Notes: generated by a model not told the origin, from the sequence alone. 64,000 bases of DNA from an uncultured Planctomycetaceae bacterium (GCA_963976765.1 CAXBME010000017.1:62001-126000), one strand, 5' to 3'; shown: positions 30,241 to 41,642, numbered from the stretch's first letter. Program-made: numbers and translations.

Positions 30241-31239
30241 ATGAAATCAATCGCGGGCCATCGTCGAAGTTCTCACTCACGTTCTGGAGTCACCTGGATC
30301 GAGGTTGCCGTTGTCGTTTTAATTTTGCTGACAATGGCTGCGTTGTTATTGCCAGCTGTCAGAAGAAGTCGTGGACCAGCGTTACGAGCACAATGCCAAA
30401 ACAATATGAAGCAGCTATGCACAGCTTTGATGAACTATTCATCGAAATCTGATGGTGGTTTGCCTTGGCTATCCAACGAAAACGACGAAGGAATTGTTTC
30501 GAACTGGCTGACCGATCTTTTGCCGGAACTTGACCACTCTGCTGCATATCGAGAGTGGAATGCCTGTTCTTATGAAGAGCGGGCCAGCTTCGAATTCAGC
30601 TTGAAGCTGTTCCAATGCGCGCATGACCCAACGTCGTTTCAGGTTGATGGCGGATTGAACTACGTCGCCAATTCCGGCTATGGCCACTTCACGATCGATC
30701 CGAAAACGAACGCCGTCTACGAGACAAAGCCTCACGGGCAAGGTTCAGTTGACTGGGATGGCGATGGCTTTATTCGCCCAGACGACTTCGCAAAGACGAG
30801 CGCGACCGGCGTCTTCTGGCCGAAGCGTGAAGGCGACACATTCAAATCGAGCCTTGACTACATTTCGTCTGCCGACGGGCAGACCAATACGATCCTCTTT
30901 GCTGAAAGTTTGAACGCCGGAAAGTGGAACTCGGCGAAGACTCTCGATATTGCCTTCGTCGTCGGGCTCGACCGGATTCAGTTTGCCAGTCCTGGTTCCG
31001 ACCAGCACTGCTTAGACATTGCCGGCGCGAACCTCGGACCATACGGCGTCGCCGGAGGCAACATCCCGCGGCACACGCCTTCGCCAAGCAGCAATCATCT
31101 CGGAACATCAATCTACGGTTTCGCGGATGGAGCTGCTCGCCAGATTTCAGACAACATTGATCCGACTGTCTACTTGAGGCTGATGACTCCGAACGGTCAA
31201 CGGTACGGGCAGACTGTCGACGGGTTGGAGAACTACTAA
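30241..31239 (+). CDS. DUF1559 family protein (prepilin-type N-terminus, H-X9-DG C-terminus)
   Basis: GVTWIEVAVVVLILL..LLLPAV..R..CQNNMKQL; DGQTNTILFAE; HLGTSIYGFADG. Confidence 0.9.
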   Translation: MKSIAGHRRSSHSRSGVTWIEVAVVVLILLTMAALLLPAVRRSRGPALRAQCQNNMKQLCTALMNYSSKSDGGLPWLSNENDEGIVSNWLTDLLPELDHSAAYREWNACSYEERASFEFSLKLFQCAHDPTSFQVDGGLNYVANSGYGHFTIDPKTNAVYETKPHGQGSVDWDGDGFIRPDDFAKTSATGVFWPKREGDTFKSSLDYISSADGQTNTILFAESLNAGKWNSAKTLDIAFVVGLDRIQFASPGSDQHCLDIAGANLGPYGVAGGNIPRHTPSPSSNHLGTSIYGFADGAARQISDNIDPTVYLRLMTPNGQRYGQTVDGLENY

Positions 31240-31267
31240 AAACAGTTACGGGATCCGTTATGAACTT

Positions 31268-31338
31268 GCCGCCGATTGACGCCGATAAACGCAGATTATT
31301 GAGAATGACATCTGCGTTCATCGGCGTCGATCGGCGGC
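31268..31338. repeat. Triple-heptamer palindrome between convergent genes
   Basis: cgccgat-tga-cgccgat-aaa-cgcagat ... atctgcg-ttc-atcggcg-tcg-atcggcg. Confidence 0.75.
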
Positions 31339-31398
31339 ATAATTATCTTCCAGAAAGACTACCGTTGTTTCTGGGGACTTCGTCAGGTGGAGTCTGAC

Positions 31399-32199
31399 CT
31401 ACGAGGGAAGATCGGTCAGGAACTGCTGAATGACCATGTTGACTGCTTTCGGGTTTTCCAGCGGCGACATGTGGCCGGCATCGGGGACTTCGAAAATGGC
31501 GGCGTTTGGCATTTCAGCGGCGATAGTCCGCATTTCATCCGGAGTTGAGATGCCATCGTCCTCGCCGACGATCAGCAGCGACGGAGTTGCGATGCCGGGC
31601 AGCAACGTTGTCACGTCGGGGCGTGCGGCCATGCCGAGCGACGCGGCGGCGATGCCTTGGGGAGATGTTGCCGTGATTGTTTGTCGAAGCTCGTCGATGA
31701 CTGACTGGTCTCGATCACCGGTCGCTGGTGAGAACAGATTCGGAAGCATGGCCGAAGCGACCGCTGCCGAACCGTTTTCGACGACCATCTTTGCGAGACG
31801 TTTTCGGTTTTCGATGCCGTCCGGTGTATCGGCGATGGCTCGCGTATCGCAGAGGATTAACGCTCGAAGACGTTCTGGAAACTTCTGCTGAAACTGCCAG
31901 GCGATGTAGCCGCCCATGGAGAGGCCACACAGCACGACAGGCTCATCGACATTCAACTCGTCGAGCAAAGCAACCAGGTCGTCGGCGTGCTGCGCCATCG
32001 TGACCGTGCCTTCGGTGACGTCGCTCTCGCCGAAGCCTCGCAGGTCGGGGGCGATGACGCGGTGGTCTGCTGCAAAGGCTTCAAGCTGGGATCGCCACAT
32101 GGAATGGCTCAGCGGAAAGCCATGTACGAACAGAATCGGCGGTCCGTTTCCTTCGTCATGAACCGCGAGCGTGATTCCGTTGACGGTGACTTTTTTCAT
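31399..32199 (-). CDS. Alpha/beta fold hydrolase (3-oxoadipate enol-lactonase-like)
   Basis: HGFP, PDLRGFG, GLSMGG nucleophile, GEDD, AGH. Confidence 0.9.
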   Translation of the reverse strand: MKKVTVNGITLAVHDEGNGPPILFVHGFPLSHSMWRSQLEAFAADHRVIAPDLRGFGESDVTEGTVTMAQHADDLVALLDELNVDEPVVLCGLSMGGYIAWQFQQKFPERLRALILCDTRAIADTPDGIENRKRLAKMVVENGSAAVASAMLPNLFSPATGDRDQSVIDELRQTITATSPQGIAAASLGMAARPDVTTLLPGIATPSLLIVGEDDGISTPDEMRTIAAEMPNAAIFEVPDAGHMSPLENPKAVNMVIQQFLTDLPS

Positions 32200-32210
32200 A
32201 GCGAGTGCTC

Positions 32211-32723
32211 TCAATTCGCATTCAGGCTGACGTTGGTTGAGATTTCCATCGGCTGCTTCAGCGTCTGGTAAATCACGCAGTACCGCTCGGTCAGTTGAAT
32301 CAGCTTGTCGATCTTTTCCTGCGGAGCGTCGCTCGTTACGTCGAACTTCAAACGGATGTCCGTAAAGCCAATCGGCACGTCGCGGGAGACTCCGAGTGTT
32401 CCTCGGAAATCCATGTCGCCTTCAGCGGTGATCGACGCCTGTTCGATCGGGATTTCCATCGCGGTCGAGACCGCGGAAAACGTCACGCCGGCACAGGCAA
32501 CCAGCGCTTCGAGCAGCATGTCTCCCGAGCAGGCTTCATGTCCTGATCCACCAGCGGCTGGATGAAGTCCCACGTCGACCGGCCCGGCTGCGGTTTCCAG
32601 ACGACACGCCTGGTTCGGTAACACCTGCCCGGTCACCGACATTGTCTGAACAGCGGACTGGGGATCTGATTTGTACTTCTCTTTGATCGGAGCTTGAGCA
32701 GCTCGCAATTCTTCAGCATTCAT
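32211..32723 (-). CDS. OsmC family protein
   Basis: CSGDMLLEALVACAGVT...TERYCVIYQTL. Confidence 0.9.
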   Translation of the reverse strand: MNAEELRAAQAPIKEKYKSDPQSAVQTMSVTGQVLPNQACRLETAAGPVDVGLHPAAGGSGHEACSGDMLLEALVACAGVTFSAVSTAMEIPIEQASITAEGDMDFRGTLGVSRDVPIGFTDIRLKFDVTSDAPQEKIDKLIQLTERYCVIYQTLKQPMEISTNVSLNAN

Positions 32724-32751
32724 CGTCGTAGTCCCGGTTCGTCAGGATGAT

Positions 32752-32856
32752 GTTTTAAACGCAGAGGTCGGAGAGGTGAAAAACGCCGAGAATGTGGAGA
32801 GGCTCTCCTTTTTCTCTGCGAAACCTCGACGGACTCTGCGGACCGTTCTTTTGAAA
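32752..32856 (-). repeat. ~105-bp dispersed palindromic repeat, copy B
   Basis: Its reverse complement aligns to 27875-27980. Confidence 0.75.
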
Positions 32857-34410
<1,554 letters not shown>

Positions 34411-34509
34411 GGGATGAGTCTCGGAGAAGATGGCCGATTTGTCGAACGCAGTGGCACCTTCATTGGAATTCGGAAAGTCGAATTGTGATCATTGCTCTGT
34501 GATCGGTGC

Positions 34510-35274
34510 TCAACGAATCGCTCCGCCATTGCAGTTGATGACCTGGCCGGTGATGTACGAGGCGTCGGGGCTGACCAGGAAGCGTGCGAGTTTAGCAATG
34601 TCTTCCGGAGTCCCCCACCGGTTCAGGGGAGTTTCCTGGAGAACCCGTTCCTGCCAGGGGTCGCTGGCCTGTTCGCCCCATGCCGTGCGGATCCAGCCAG
34701 GGGCGATGCAGTTGACTCTGACGGTTGGAGCAAGGCTCACAGCCAGCGACCTGGTGAACCCCATGATCGCATTTTTCGCAGTCGCGAAGAGTTCGCCGCT
34801 GTCGCCGCCCATCCCTCGGTCAGATTGATCCCAGCCGATGTTGAGAATCGTGCCGCCGCCCTGAACTACCATCCGCTCACCGACCATCTTCGAAAGCAGC
34901 ACGGCTGACCGGACGTCAACGTCGAGCAAAGCATCCAGTTTTTCAGCGTACGGCAACTTTGCTTTGTCGCCGGTCAGCAGATCGACGCCGGCATTATTCA
35001 CCCAGACGTCGACGCCGCCGAGTGCTTCCCATGCGGTGTCAACCAACTGGTCGAGATTTTCGGCATCTGCAACGTCGCCCTGAATCACGGCTGAATGCCG
35101 ACCGGACGTTAAGATTTCGCTGGCGACTTGATTGGCCTGCTGCACCGACTGATGACAATGCACGACGACGTCTGCCCCGGCGGCTGCGAGTTCCAACGCA
35201 ATCGCCCTGCCAATTCCCGTTGATGAACCGGTTACGACGACTCGTAAGCCAGACAGGTTACCAAATGAAGGCAC
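34510..35274 (-). CDS. SDR family oxidoreductase with F in place of the catalytic Y
   Basis: TGSSTGIG, NNAG, FATAK, VNCIAPG, YITGQ. Confidence 0.88.
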   Translation of the reverse strand: MPSFGNLSGLRVVVTGSSTGIGRAIALELAAAGADVVVHCHQSVQQANQVASEILTSGRHSAVIQGDVADAENLDQLVDTAWEALGGVDVWVNNAGVDLLTGDKAKLPYAEKLDALLDVDVRSAVLLSKMVGERMVVQGGGTILNIGWDQSDRGMGGDSGELFATAKNAIMGFTRSLAVSLAPTVRVNCIAPGWIRTAWGEQASDPWQERVLQETPLNRWGTPEDIAKLARFLVSPDASYITGQVINCNGGAIR

Positions 35275-35490
35275 GCGAACACCTCTACCGATAGACCATT
35301 TTCATGGTTTCTGTGCAGGAGTGGACACTCGGGAAGGTCAATGTTTCCTGAGTGACCATCCTGCTGGACGCTGAAAAGTAATACTGAAGATGCCCAGACC
35401 TTTGCGGCCTGAACCAGCCAAACAAGGTGGCAGGAACCGGGCGCGGACGATACTCCGAATTCAGCATCCGAAACAGCGTGGCTGACGTCG

Positions 35491-36963
35491 TCAGATCGAT
35501 GTCAACTTACTTGTTGGGATGGGCGTTTCGAATGAACTCGGATCTGCATCGGAAGAGTTCGCAAAATGCCAGGACCGACGGCACCGTCGCCACACAACAA
35601 GCGTGAACGGCAGGTTGACTACAAGAACGACACCGGCATAACTGACTGCCATGCTGAAGGCCCCCCCCTCCCGACCGGTCAACCAGACAAGCAATGCCGT
35701 CAGGGAACATGACCCCAGCGCGACCAGCAACAGCGGATCCCGCTTGTGGGCCAGCAAATACGTGCCAAGGCTGCGAAGGACATGCAATCCCGCCAGCCCC
35801 GCACAGAAAATGGCAACAGTTTCTGGTGGAAGCAGTCGATCGGAAATCTTCTGGGCGATCGGGAATGGCAACTGAGGAAGAGTGACAAGTGCGGCACAAA
35901 AGGCCGAGGCACCTGCCAGGATCATTCCCAGAGATATCCAGAGGAGCCGAAAGAACACTCGATCAAGCTCCCGAAAATCGCGTCGGGCGACGAGCATTCC
36001 AAACAAAGCTCCGCGAGCACCAATCCACGCAAATGCTGCCTGCTCCAACGCGTTGAGGGCAGTCCAGGTCATCCCGATCTGGCCAGCCGCCGCAGGGGTC
36101 TGATACTCGAACGCAATCAGAGTAAATACGCTGTAAGCCAGGTATCCAAAGATCCCGCGGAGCCCCATCTTCCACTGTAAGGGCAGGATCTCTTCCTTCC
36201 ACGAGACCTCTGCTGCGGCTTCCGTTTCCAGCAGCGATTTGAAAAGCCTGCGATACCGAATCCCCAGTACCCAGACGTCGCCAACGAGTCGCACAGCAAC
36301 GGCCACTGCTGCTGACCACAATCCCAGTCCGCAAACCATGCTGGTCCATACAAACGCGTTGCCCGCGATTCCCTGCATGAACCGCAATGAATTTACTGCG
36401 GACATCTGGTTGCAGCCTTCGAGGATTGTCGTCATGGCACATGTCCACAGGACAAGTCCCGTCAGGACGACTGTTGCACACCACGGTCCGTACCAGTCGA
36501 TGGTTCCGGCTTTGCGGGAAAACATCACAATGCCCGCTGCTCCCACGCCAACGACGAAAAGTACGGAGACTCCTCCGTACCATCTTGCCAGCAGGCGATA
36601 GATGCTCGCGAGTCGAGCTAGAGCCGTCTTTTTTCCGACGAGGGCACCTTCATCGTTCAGCGAGAGATGCGCGAACTCGTGGCTGACCAGTGGGATGACG
36701 ACAGCGTGCAGCCCCAGTTCGAAGAAAACCTGGAGCGCCATCAGGCTTGCGAATGCGTAGAAATACCCCTGCATGTCTTCGGTAAAGAAGCTGGAAATGA
36801 CCAACATCGATACGGGGCCAGCAAGCACCTGCCAGATACGTTGTGCGATGGCGTAGAAAACGGCTCGGTCGACTTCCAGACGGTTTACGAGACGTCTCGG
36901 GAGAGATCGTTTCTGCGTTGGCGTGTCATGGTTTCCGCTTGGATTTGTTTCCGACTCATTCAT
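35491..36963 (-). CDS. Wzx-like polysaccharide flippase
   Basis: About 12 TM segments; QGYFYAFASLMALQVFFELGL; divergent from the sugar operon. Confidence 0.75.
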   Translation of the reverse strand: MNESETNPSGNHDTPTQKRSLPRRLVNRLEVDRAVFYAIAQRIWQVLAGPVSMLVISSFFTEDMQGYFYAFASLMALQVFFELGLHAVVIPLVSHEFAHLSLNDEGALVGKKTALARLASIYRLLARWYGGVSVLFVVGVGAAGIVMFSRKAGTIDWYGPWCATVVLTGLVLWTCAMTTILEGCNQMSAVNSLRFMQGIAGNAFVWTSMVCGLGLWSAAVAVAVRLVGDVWVLGIRYRRLFKSLLETEAAAEVSWKEEILPLQWKMGLRGIFGYLAYSVFTLIAFEYQTPAAAGQIGMTWTALNALEQAAFAWIGARGALFGMLVARRDFRELDRVFFRLLWISLGMILAGASAFCAALVTLPQLPFPIAQKISDRLLPPETVAIFCAGLAGLHVLRSLGTYLLAHKRDPLLLVALGSCSLTALLVWLTGREGGAFSMAVSYAGVVLVVNLPFTLVVWRRCRRSWHFANSSDADPSSFETPIPTSKLTSI

Positions 36964-37271
36964 TCGTCACACACAAGTTCCTAACCCCACCGATGCTTCG
37001 GAAACACTGGTTGCGAGCTGACTTGCAGCCAGTGTAAACGAGTTTACGTTCTCGGGATTCTGCTTCGGACGTCATGCCGCATTCAGTCATGACCAGTCTC
37101 TCGATATCGGTTCGACATGCAAATACGCGAGTAAAGAGCGGCCGATTGGAAACGCTTGCTGTGTCTGAATGGGGCCGGTAGAGTGACATTCAACCGCGTT
37201 TTACTCAGTACGTGTAGCGAAACCTTAGCTCCAGTGGAGAGTTAGTGGAATTCCCATGAGGCGAAGCGATC

Positions 37272-38447
37272 GTGGAAATACGTCCCGACTACCTGCCATT
37301 TGGCAGACCTGACTTTTCGGACGAGGAGATCTCTGCGGTCACTCGTGTTATGAAGTCGGGCTGGGTCGGAATGGGGCCGGAAGTTCAGGCTTTTGAACGG
37401 GAATTCTCTGATTTTACCGGAGGCGCTCAGGTCGTTACCGTCAGTTCCTGCACGGCGGCGCTGCACCTGACACTGAAAGAGCTGGGAGTGGGACCGGATG
37501 ACGAAGTCATCTGCCCGAGCCTCACTTGGTGCAGTTCCGCGAATGCTGCCCTTTACCTGGGGGCCAAAGTCGTATTTTGCGATGTCGATGCAGAAACTTT
37601 CTGCGTATCGCCAAAGAGTGTCCTCGAAGTCGTGACACCGCAGACTAAAGCTGTCGTCGTTGTTCATTTCGGCGGACTCGCCGTTGACGTGGAGTCGTTA
37701 AGCCGTCTGTTGCCTGCGCATGTTCAGATTGTCGAAGACGCTGCACACGCGTTAGGAGCAACTTATCCGAACGGGAATCGAGTTGGCTCCTCTGGGTTTC
37801 CGACATGCTTCAGCTTCTACGCGAATAAGAATCTGTCAACAGCCGAAGGCGGTGCTGTTGCGACATCCAACGAAAAGCTTGCAGCATCAGTGCGTTCTCT
37901 AAGACAACATGGCTTGTCCGCCGATGCCTGGATGCGATTCAGTAATACTCGGAAGATGCTGTACACACCGGTCGGAGAACTTGGTTTTAAAGCCAATTAC
38001 ACCGATCTGCAGGCATCGATCGGGCGCGTTCAGCTTCGCCGTTTTCAAGAACTACAGTCGCGTCGGCTTGAGATTGCGAAGTACTATCGGGCTCGGTTAG
38101 AGGCGGCTTCGCCGAAGCTGGTGTTCCAGTTGAACTGCGACAGCGAGTCTCACGCCCGGCACTTGTTTCCGATTCTGATTCCCCTGCAGCAATTGTCGAT
38201 TGGCCGCGACGATCTGCTGCTCCAACTGCGCGACCGCAACATCGGAGCGACGATTCATTACACGCCACTTCACCAGATGCCGTTTTATCAGGAGACTTTG
38301 GGCCGGTTTGATCTTCCCGTGACGGACGAACTGGGTGACCGAATCATGACGCTGCCCATCAGTTCGAGCATGACGCAGCACGATGCTGAATACGTCTGCG
38401 ATCATTTGATCGAGGTGCTCGCGAACGCAGCCATTACTGCTTCTTGA
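37272..38447 (+). CDS. DegT/DnrJ/EryC1/StrS sugar aminotransferase
   Basis: SSCTAALH, EDAAHALG, FSFYANKNLSTAEGG (PLP Lys). Confidence 0.95.
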   Translation: MEIRPDYLPFGRPDFSDEEISAVTRVMKSGWVGMGPEVQAFEREFSDFTGGAQVVTVSSCTAALHLTLKELGVGPDDEVICPSLTWCSSANAALYLGAKVVFCDVDAETFCVSPKSVLEVVTPQTKAVVVVHFGGLAVDVESLSRLLPAHVQIVEDAAHALGATYPNGNRVGSSGFPTCFSFYANKNLSTAEGGAVATSNEKLAASVRSLRQHGLSADAWMRFSNTRKMLYTPVGELGFKANYTDLQASIGRVQLRRFQELQSRRLEIAKYYRARLEAASPKLVFQLNCDSESHARHLFPILIPLQQLSIGRDDLLLQLRDRNIGATIHYTPLHQMPFYQETLGRFDLPVTDELGDRIMTLPISSSMTQHDAEYVCDHLIEVLANAAITAS

Positions 38448-38490
38448 AACGTCGATTTTTCGACAAGCTCGTCATTGTTAAGAGAGTCCA

Positions 38491-39513
38491 ATGTCCGCAG
38501 AACCAGATTTGTCAGCATCCCCCACGTCAAAGCATCTGACCGAAGAGGTACAGTACGGATTTTATGATCGACTAACTGCCGAGTTCCCGTCACAGGTAGT
38601 GATCGACTCGACTGAGCTATGCAATCTCGCCTGCACGCACTGCCCCCATCCGGACTTCAAGAAAACGGATCACTACCAGGGACGAAATCTCGATACTGAA
38701 TTGAACCGGAAAGTCGTCGATGAGATCGCCACAGCCGGTAAGGGGATTTGTCAGTACATTCGGTACACGGGGGAAGGTGAGCCGCTGATCCATCCGGGGA
38801 TCTTCGACATGGTCTCTTACGCGGTTCAAAACTCTGGAACCACCGTGACGATTACGACCAACGGGACGCTGAATCAGGGTGGCAAACTTGAAAAGTTGAT
38901 TGAGACTGGTGTCGACATCATCGACATCAGCGTCGACGCGTTCAATTCAGAGACCTACGCCGCGATCCGCGTCAACGGAGATCTGACAGTAACTCGTGAT
39001 AATGTATTGCGGCTTCTGAAAATGGCTCGCGAGCCAGGCTGCACGACCAAAGTGATCGTTAGCTACGTCGAGCAGCCGAGGAATCAGTCCGAGACAGCCG
39101 ACTTCGAAAAATTCTGGAAGGACAAAGGCGCCGACTACGTCGTCATCCGCAGGCTTCACACGAATGCTGGCTCGCTGGTCGAACTCGCCGAATCAATTCG
39201 CGAAACCCCTCAAGAGGAAGCCCGCCGCCCGTGCCTGTATCCCTGGGAGCGAATTACGCTGAATCCTCGCGGTGAACTATCATTCTGCCCGGTTGACTGG
39301 GTGCATGGTTCAGCTGTGGCCGACTTCCGGAAAACAACGATCAAGGACGTGTGGCAAGGCGAATTTTACAAGCAATTGCGAGAAGCTCATCTGTCAAACA
39401 ATTATGCCCAGCACAAATTTTGCGGGCAGTGTCCGGACTGGCAACAGACACGCTGGCCTTCTGAAGGCCGCAGCTACGCCGATATGGTCCAGGATTTTAA
39501 GAATCGCGAGTAG
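38491..39513 (+). CDS. Radical SAM protein with a SPASM/twitch domain
   Basis: CNLACTHC, GEGEPL, TTNG; CLYPW...G.LSFC...C..C. Confidence 0.92.
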   Translation: MSAEPDLSASPTSKHLTEEVQYGFYDRLTAEFPSQVVIDSTELCNLACTHCPHPDFKKTDHYQGRNLDTELNRKVVDEIATAGKGICQYIRYTGEGEPLIHPGIFDMVSYAVQNSGTTVTITTNGTLNQGGKLEKLIETGVDIIDISVDAFNSETYAAIRVNGDLTVTRDNVLRLLKMAREPGCTTKVIVSYVEQPRNQSETADFEKFWKDKGADYVVIRRLHTNAGSLVELAESIRETPQEEARRPCLYPWERITLNPRGELSFCPVDWVHGSAVADFRKTTIKDVWQGEFYKQLREAHLSNNYAQHKFCGQCPDWQQTRWPSEGRSYADMVQDFKNRE

Positions 39514-39520
39514 CTTCAGG

Positions 39521-40237
39521 ATGAGAGTCGGAATTATCCAGAGCTGCTATGCTCCCTGGCGAGGTTACTTTGATTTTATCGCCAGCGTGGATCTGTTCCT
39601 CGTCCTTGACGACGTTGCTTACTCCAAGGGAAGTTGGAGAAACCGCAATCAAATTAAGACACCAAGGGGTCTGCAATGGATCACCGTGCCCGTTTCGGTC
39701 AGCTCATCAGAGGGCAGTTTTCCCGATATCGACGAGGTTCGAATCGCTGACGGGCCGAAGCTGTGGCGAAACACGCATCGTGCACTTTTGAAGGAGTCGC
39801 TTGGTGAAGCCCCCCGTTTTCAGGACGCCATTGACATTTGGGAAGCTGGTTGCAGCGATACGTCAGGACGGCTAAGCCCTTTGAATGTGAAGCTGATTCG
39901 AGGCATTTGTGATTATCTGGGAATCACTACTCCGATCGTCAATGCTCGGGATTATCCAGTTACCGGTAGCGGTACAAATCGAGTGATTGCACTCCTCAAA
40001 AGGGCGGGTGCAACATGTTATCTCAGTGGGCCGGCAGCGCGAGATTATCTTGACGAAGAACAATTTTCTGAGAATTCAATCCGTCTGGAGTATAAAACGT
40101 ACGACTACGATCCCTACCCCCAGCTCTGGGGAGATTTCGTTGGGAACGTTTCTGTGCTTGACCTGATCGCTAATCTCGGACCGCGGGCAAGCGATCACAT
40201 CCGCAGCAAAACACCAGATATTATTGCAACTCCATGA
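39521..40237 (+). CDS. WbqC family protein
   Basis: IIQSCYAPWRGYF, DDVAY...WRNRNQI, YLSGPAARDY, YPQLWG.F...SVLDL. Confidence 0.92.
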   Translation: MRVGIIQSCYAPWRGYFDFIASVDLFLVLDDVAYSKGSWRNRNQIKTPRGLQWITVPVSVSSSEGSFPDIDEVRIADGPKLWRNTHRALLKESLGEAPRFQDAIDIWEAGCSDTSGRLSPLNVKLIRGICDYLGITTPIVNARDYPVTGSGTNRVIALLKRAGATCYLSGPAARDYLDEEQFSENSIRLEYKTYDYDPYPQLWGDFVGNVSVLDLIANLGPRASDHIRSKTPDIIATP

Positions 40238-41436
40238 AAATTGGCTTTCTTGGCAACACTAACAACTTCCCATTCATGCTCGCACGCGCTTTCCGGCGAG
40301 CTGGTCACGATGTCCTGGTCATCGTCAACCGCCGGGAAAAACTCCATCGACCGGAGTTTCGGTACTCAGACATTTCGTATCCGTATCCGGATTGGATCCG
40401 GGAGATTATCTACCCTGATGAAACCGCGTTTGTGACTCGTTCAGCAGCGCGTCGCGATACCCTGGAACTACTTCGAATCTGCGATTTTGTTGTGCTGAAC
40501 GATTTAGGAACGTGCCTCGCGGGGGACATCGGTCGCCCATATTTGTCGCTCTTAACCGGCAGCGATTTGTCGTTTTACTGTGACCCGAACAGCGGTTCAC
40601 GTGTCCTTGAGGCGATGACAACTCGAAATCCCCTGAAGCGAATCTGGGGAAGAATCGTCTGGAGACGACTGCTTGCAGCACAGCGCGACGGGGTACGTCG
40701 AGCGTCACTTGTTTTTCATTTCGCAAGAGGCTTAATCCCATCAGGTGATTCATTACTTGATGAGATTGGCGTCGACGAGGCACAGCGAATCTTCTTTCTG
40801 ATGGCGGATATTGATGCCATTTATCCGACCCCGTTTCCGGAAAACTCGCGTCTGAGAACATTCTGCGCAACACGTCTAACGTGGAAGAAGCCGATGTTGC
40901 CTGGTGACTCAAATCTCGATTTCAAGGGGTCCGACATCATGGTTCGCGGACTCGGTCTGTTTCACCGGAAAACGTCTGCCCCACTGGACATCAACCTTGT
41001 CCGAAAAGGGCGACATGTTGAAGAAACCATGAAACTGATAAGCAGCGAGGGACTCGATAAGATCACGACGTGGCATAACGAGATGACACAGGCAGATATC
41101 TGGCAGCAATATGCTGAAGCCGATGTGATCTTCGAGCAGTTCGGAGACGGTATCGTTGCGATGGCCGGCCTGGAGGCAATGGCTTCAGGCAGGCCGTTGA
41201 TCGCAAACGGAAGACCAGACGTTTTTGAGCCGTTGCTTGGAGAATCGTCCCCGATCTGCCAGGCAATCGAGCCAGAGGATGTGTGCCGGCATCTTGAAAA
41301 ACTGGCTCAGGATACTGATTACAGGAAGTCGCTTGGGTTGCGGTCTCGAGAATGGGTCGAACGTCACTTCACACCGGATGCTGCCGCCAGACGAATCCTG
41401 AGCCGCTTAAACGCTATCGATACTGGGCGGAATTGA
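40234..41436 (+). CDS. GT-B (family 4-like) glycosyltransferase
   Basis: KG.D, ADVIFEQFG, GLEAMASGRPLI; ATGA overlap with the wbqC-like gene. Confidence 0.85.
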   Translation: MKIGFLGNTNNFPFMLARAFRRAGHDVLVIVNRREKLHRPEFRYSDISYPYPDWIREIIYPDETAFVTRSAARRDTLELLRICDFVVLNDLGTCLAGDIGRPYLSLLTGSDLSFYCDPNSGSRVLEAMTTRNPLKRIWGRIVWRRLLAAQRDGVRRASLVFHFARGLIPSGDSLLDEIGVDEAQRIFFLMADIDAIYPTPFPENSRLRTFCATRLTWKKPMLPGDSNLDFKGSDIMVRGLGLFHRKTSAPLDINLVRKGRHVEETMKLISSEGLDKITTWHNEMTQADIWQQYAEADVIFEQFGDGIVAMAGLEAMASGRPLIANGRPDVFEPLLGESSPICQAIEPEDVCRHLEKLAQDTDYRKSLGLRSREWVERHFTPDAAARRILSRLNAIDTGRN

Positions 41437-41642
41437 TTGACGCTTGAAGCGGTCACCTCTACTCTCAAAATACTTCGCTGCTGTATTTACGAAGACCAGG
41501 AACCTGTACATCATACGATGCGGCAGTTGACTTTTGACGGCCAACTTTCAAGCCGTCTCTGTCCAGATTTAGTGAGCGCAGTCGGCCATCTAAATCACGC
41601 ACCTTAGAAAACCTCACTCGCAAAGCGAGAATCGAGTTAAGC

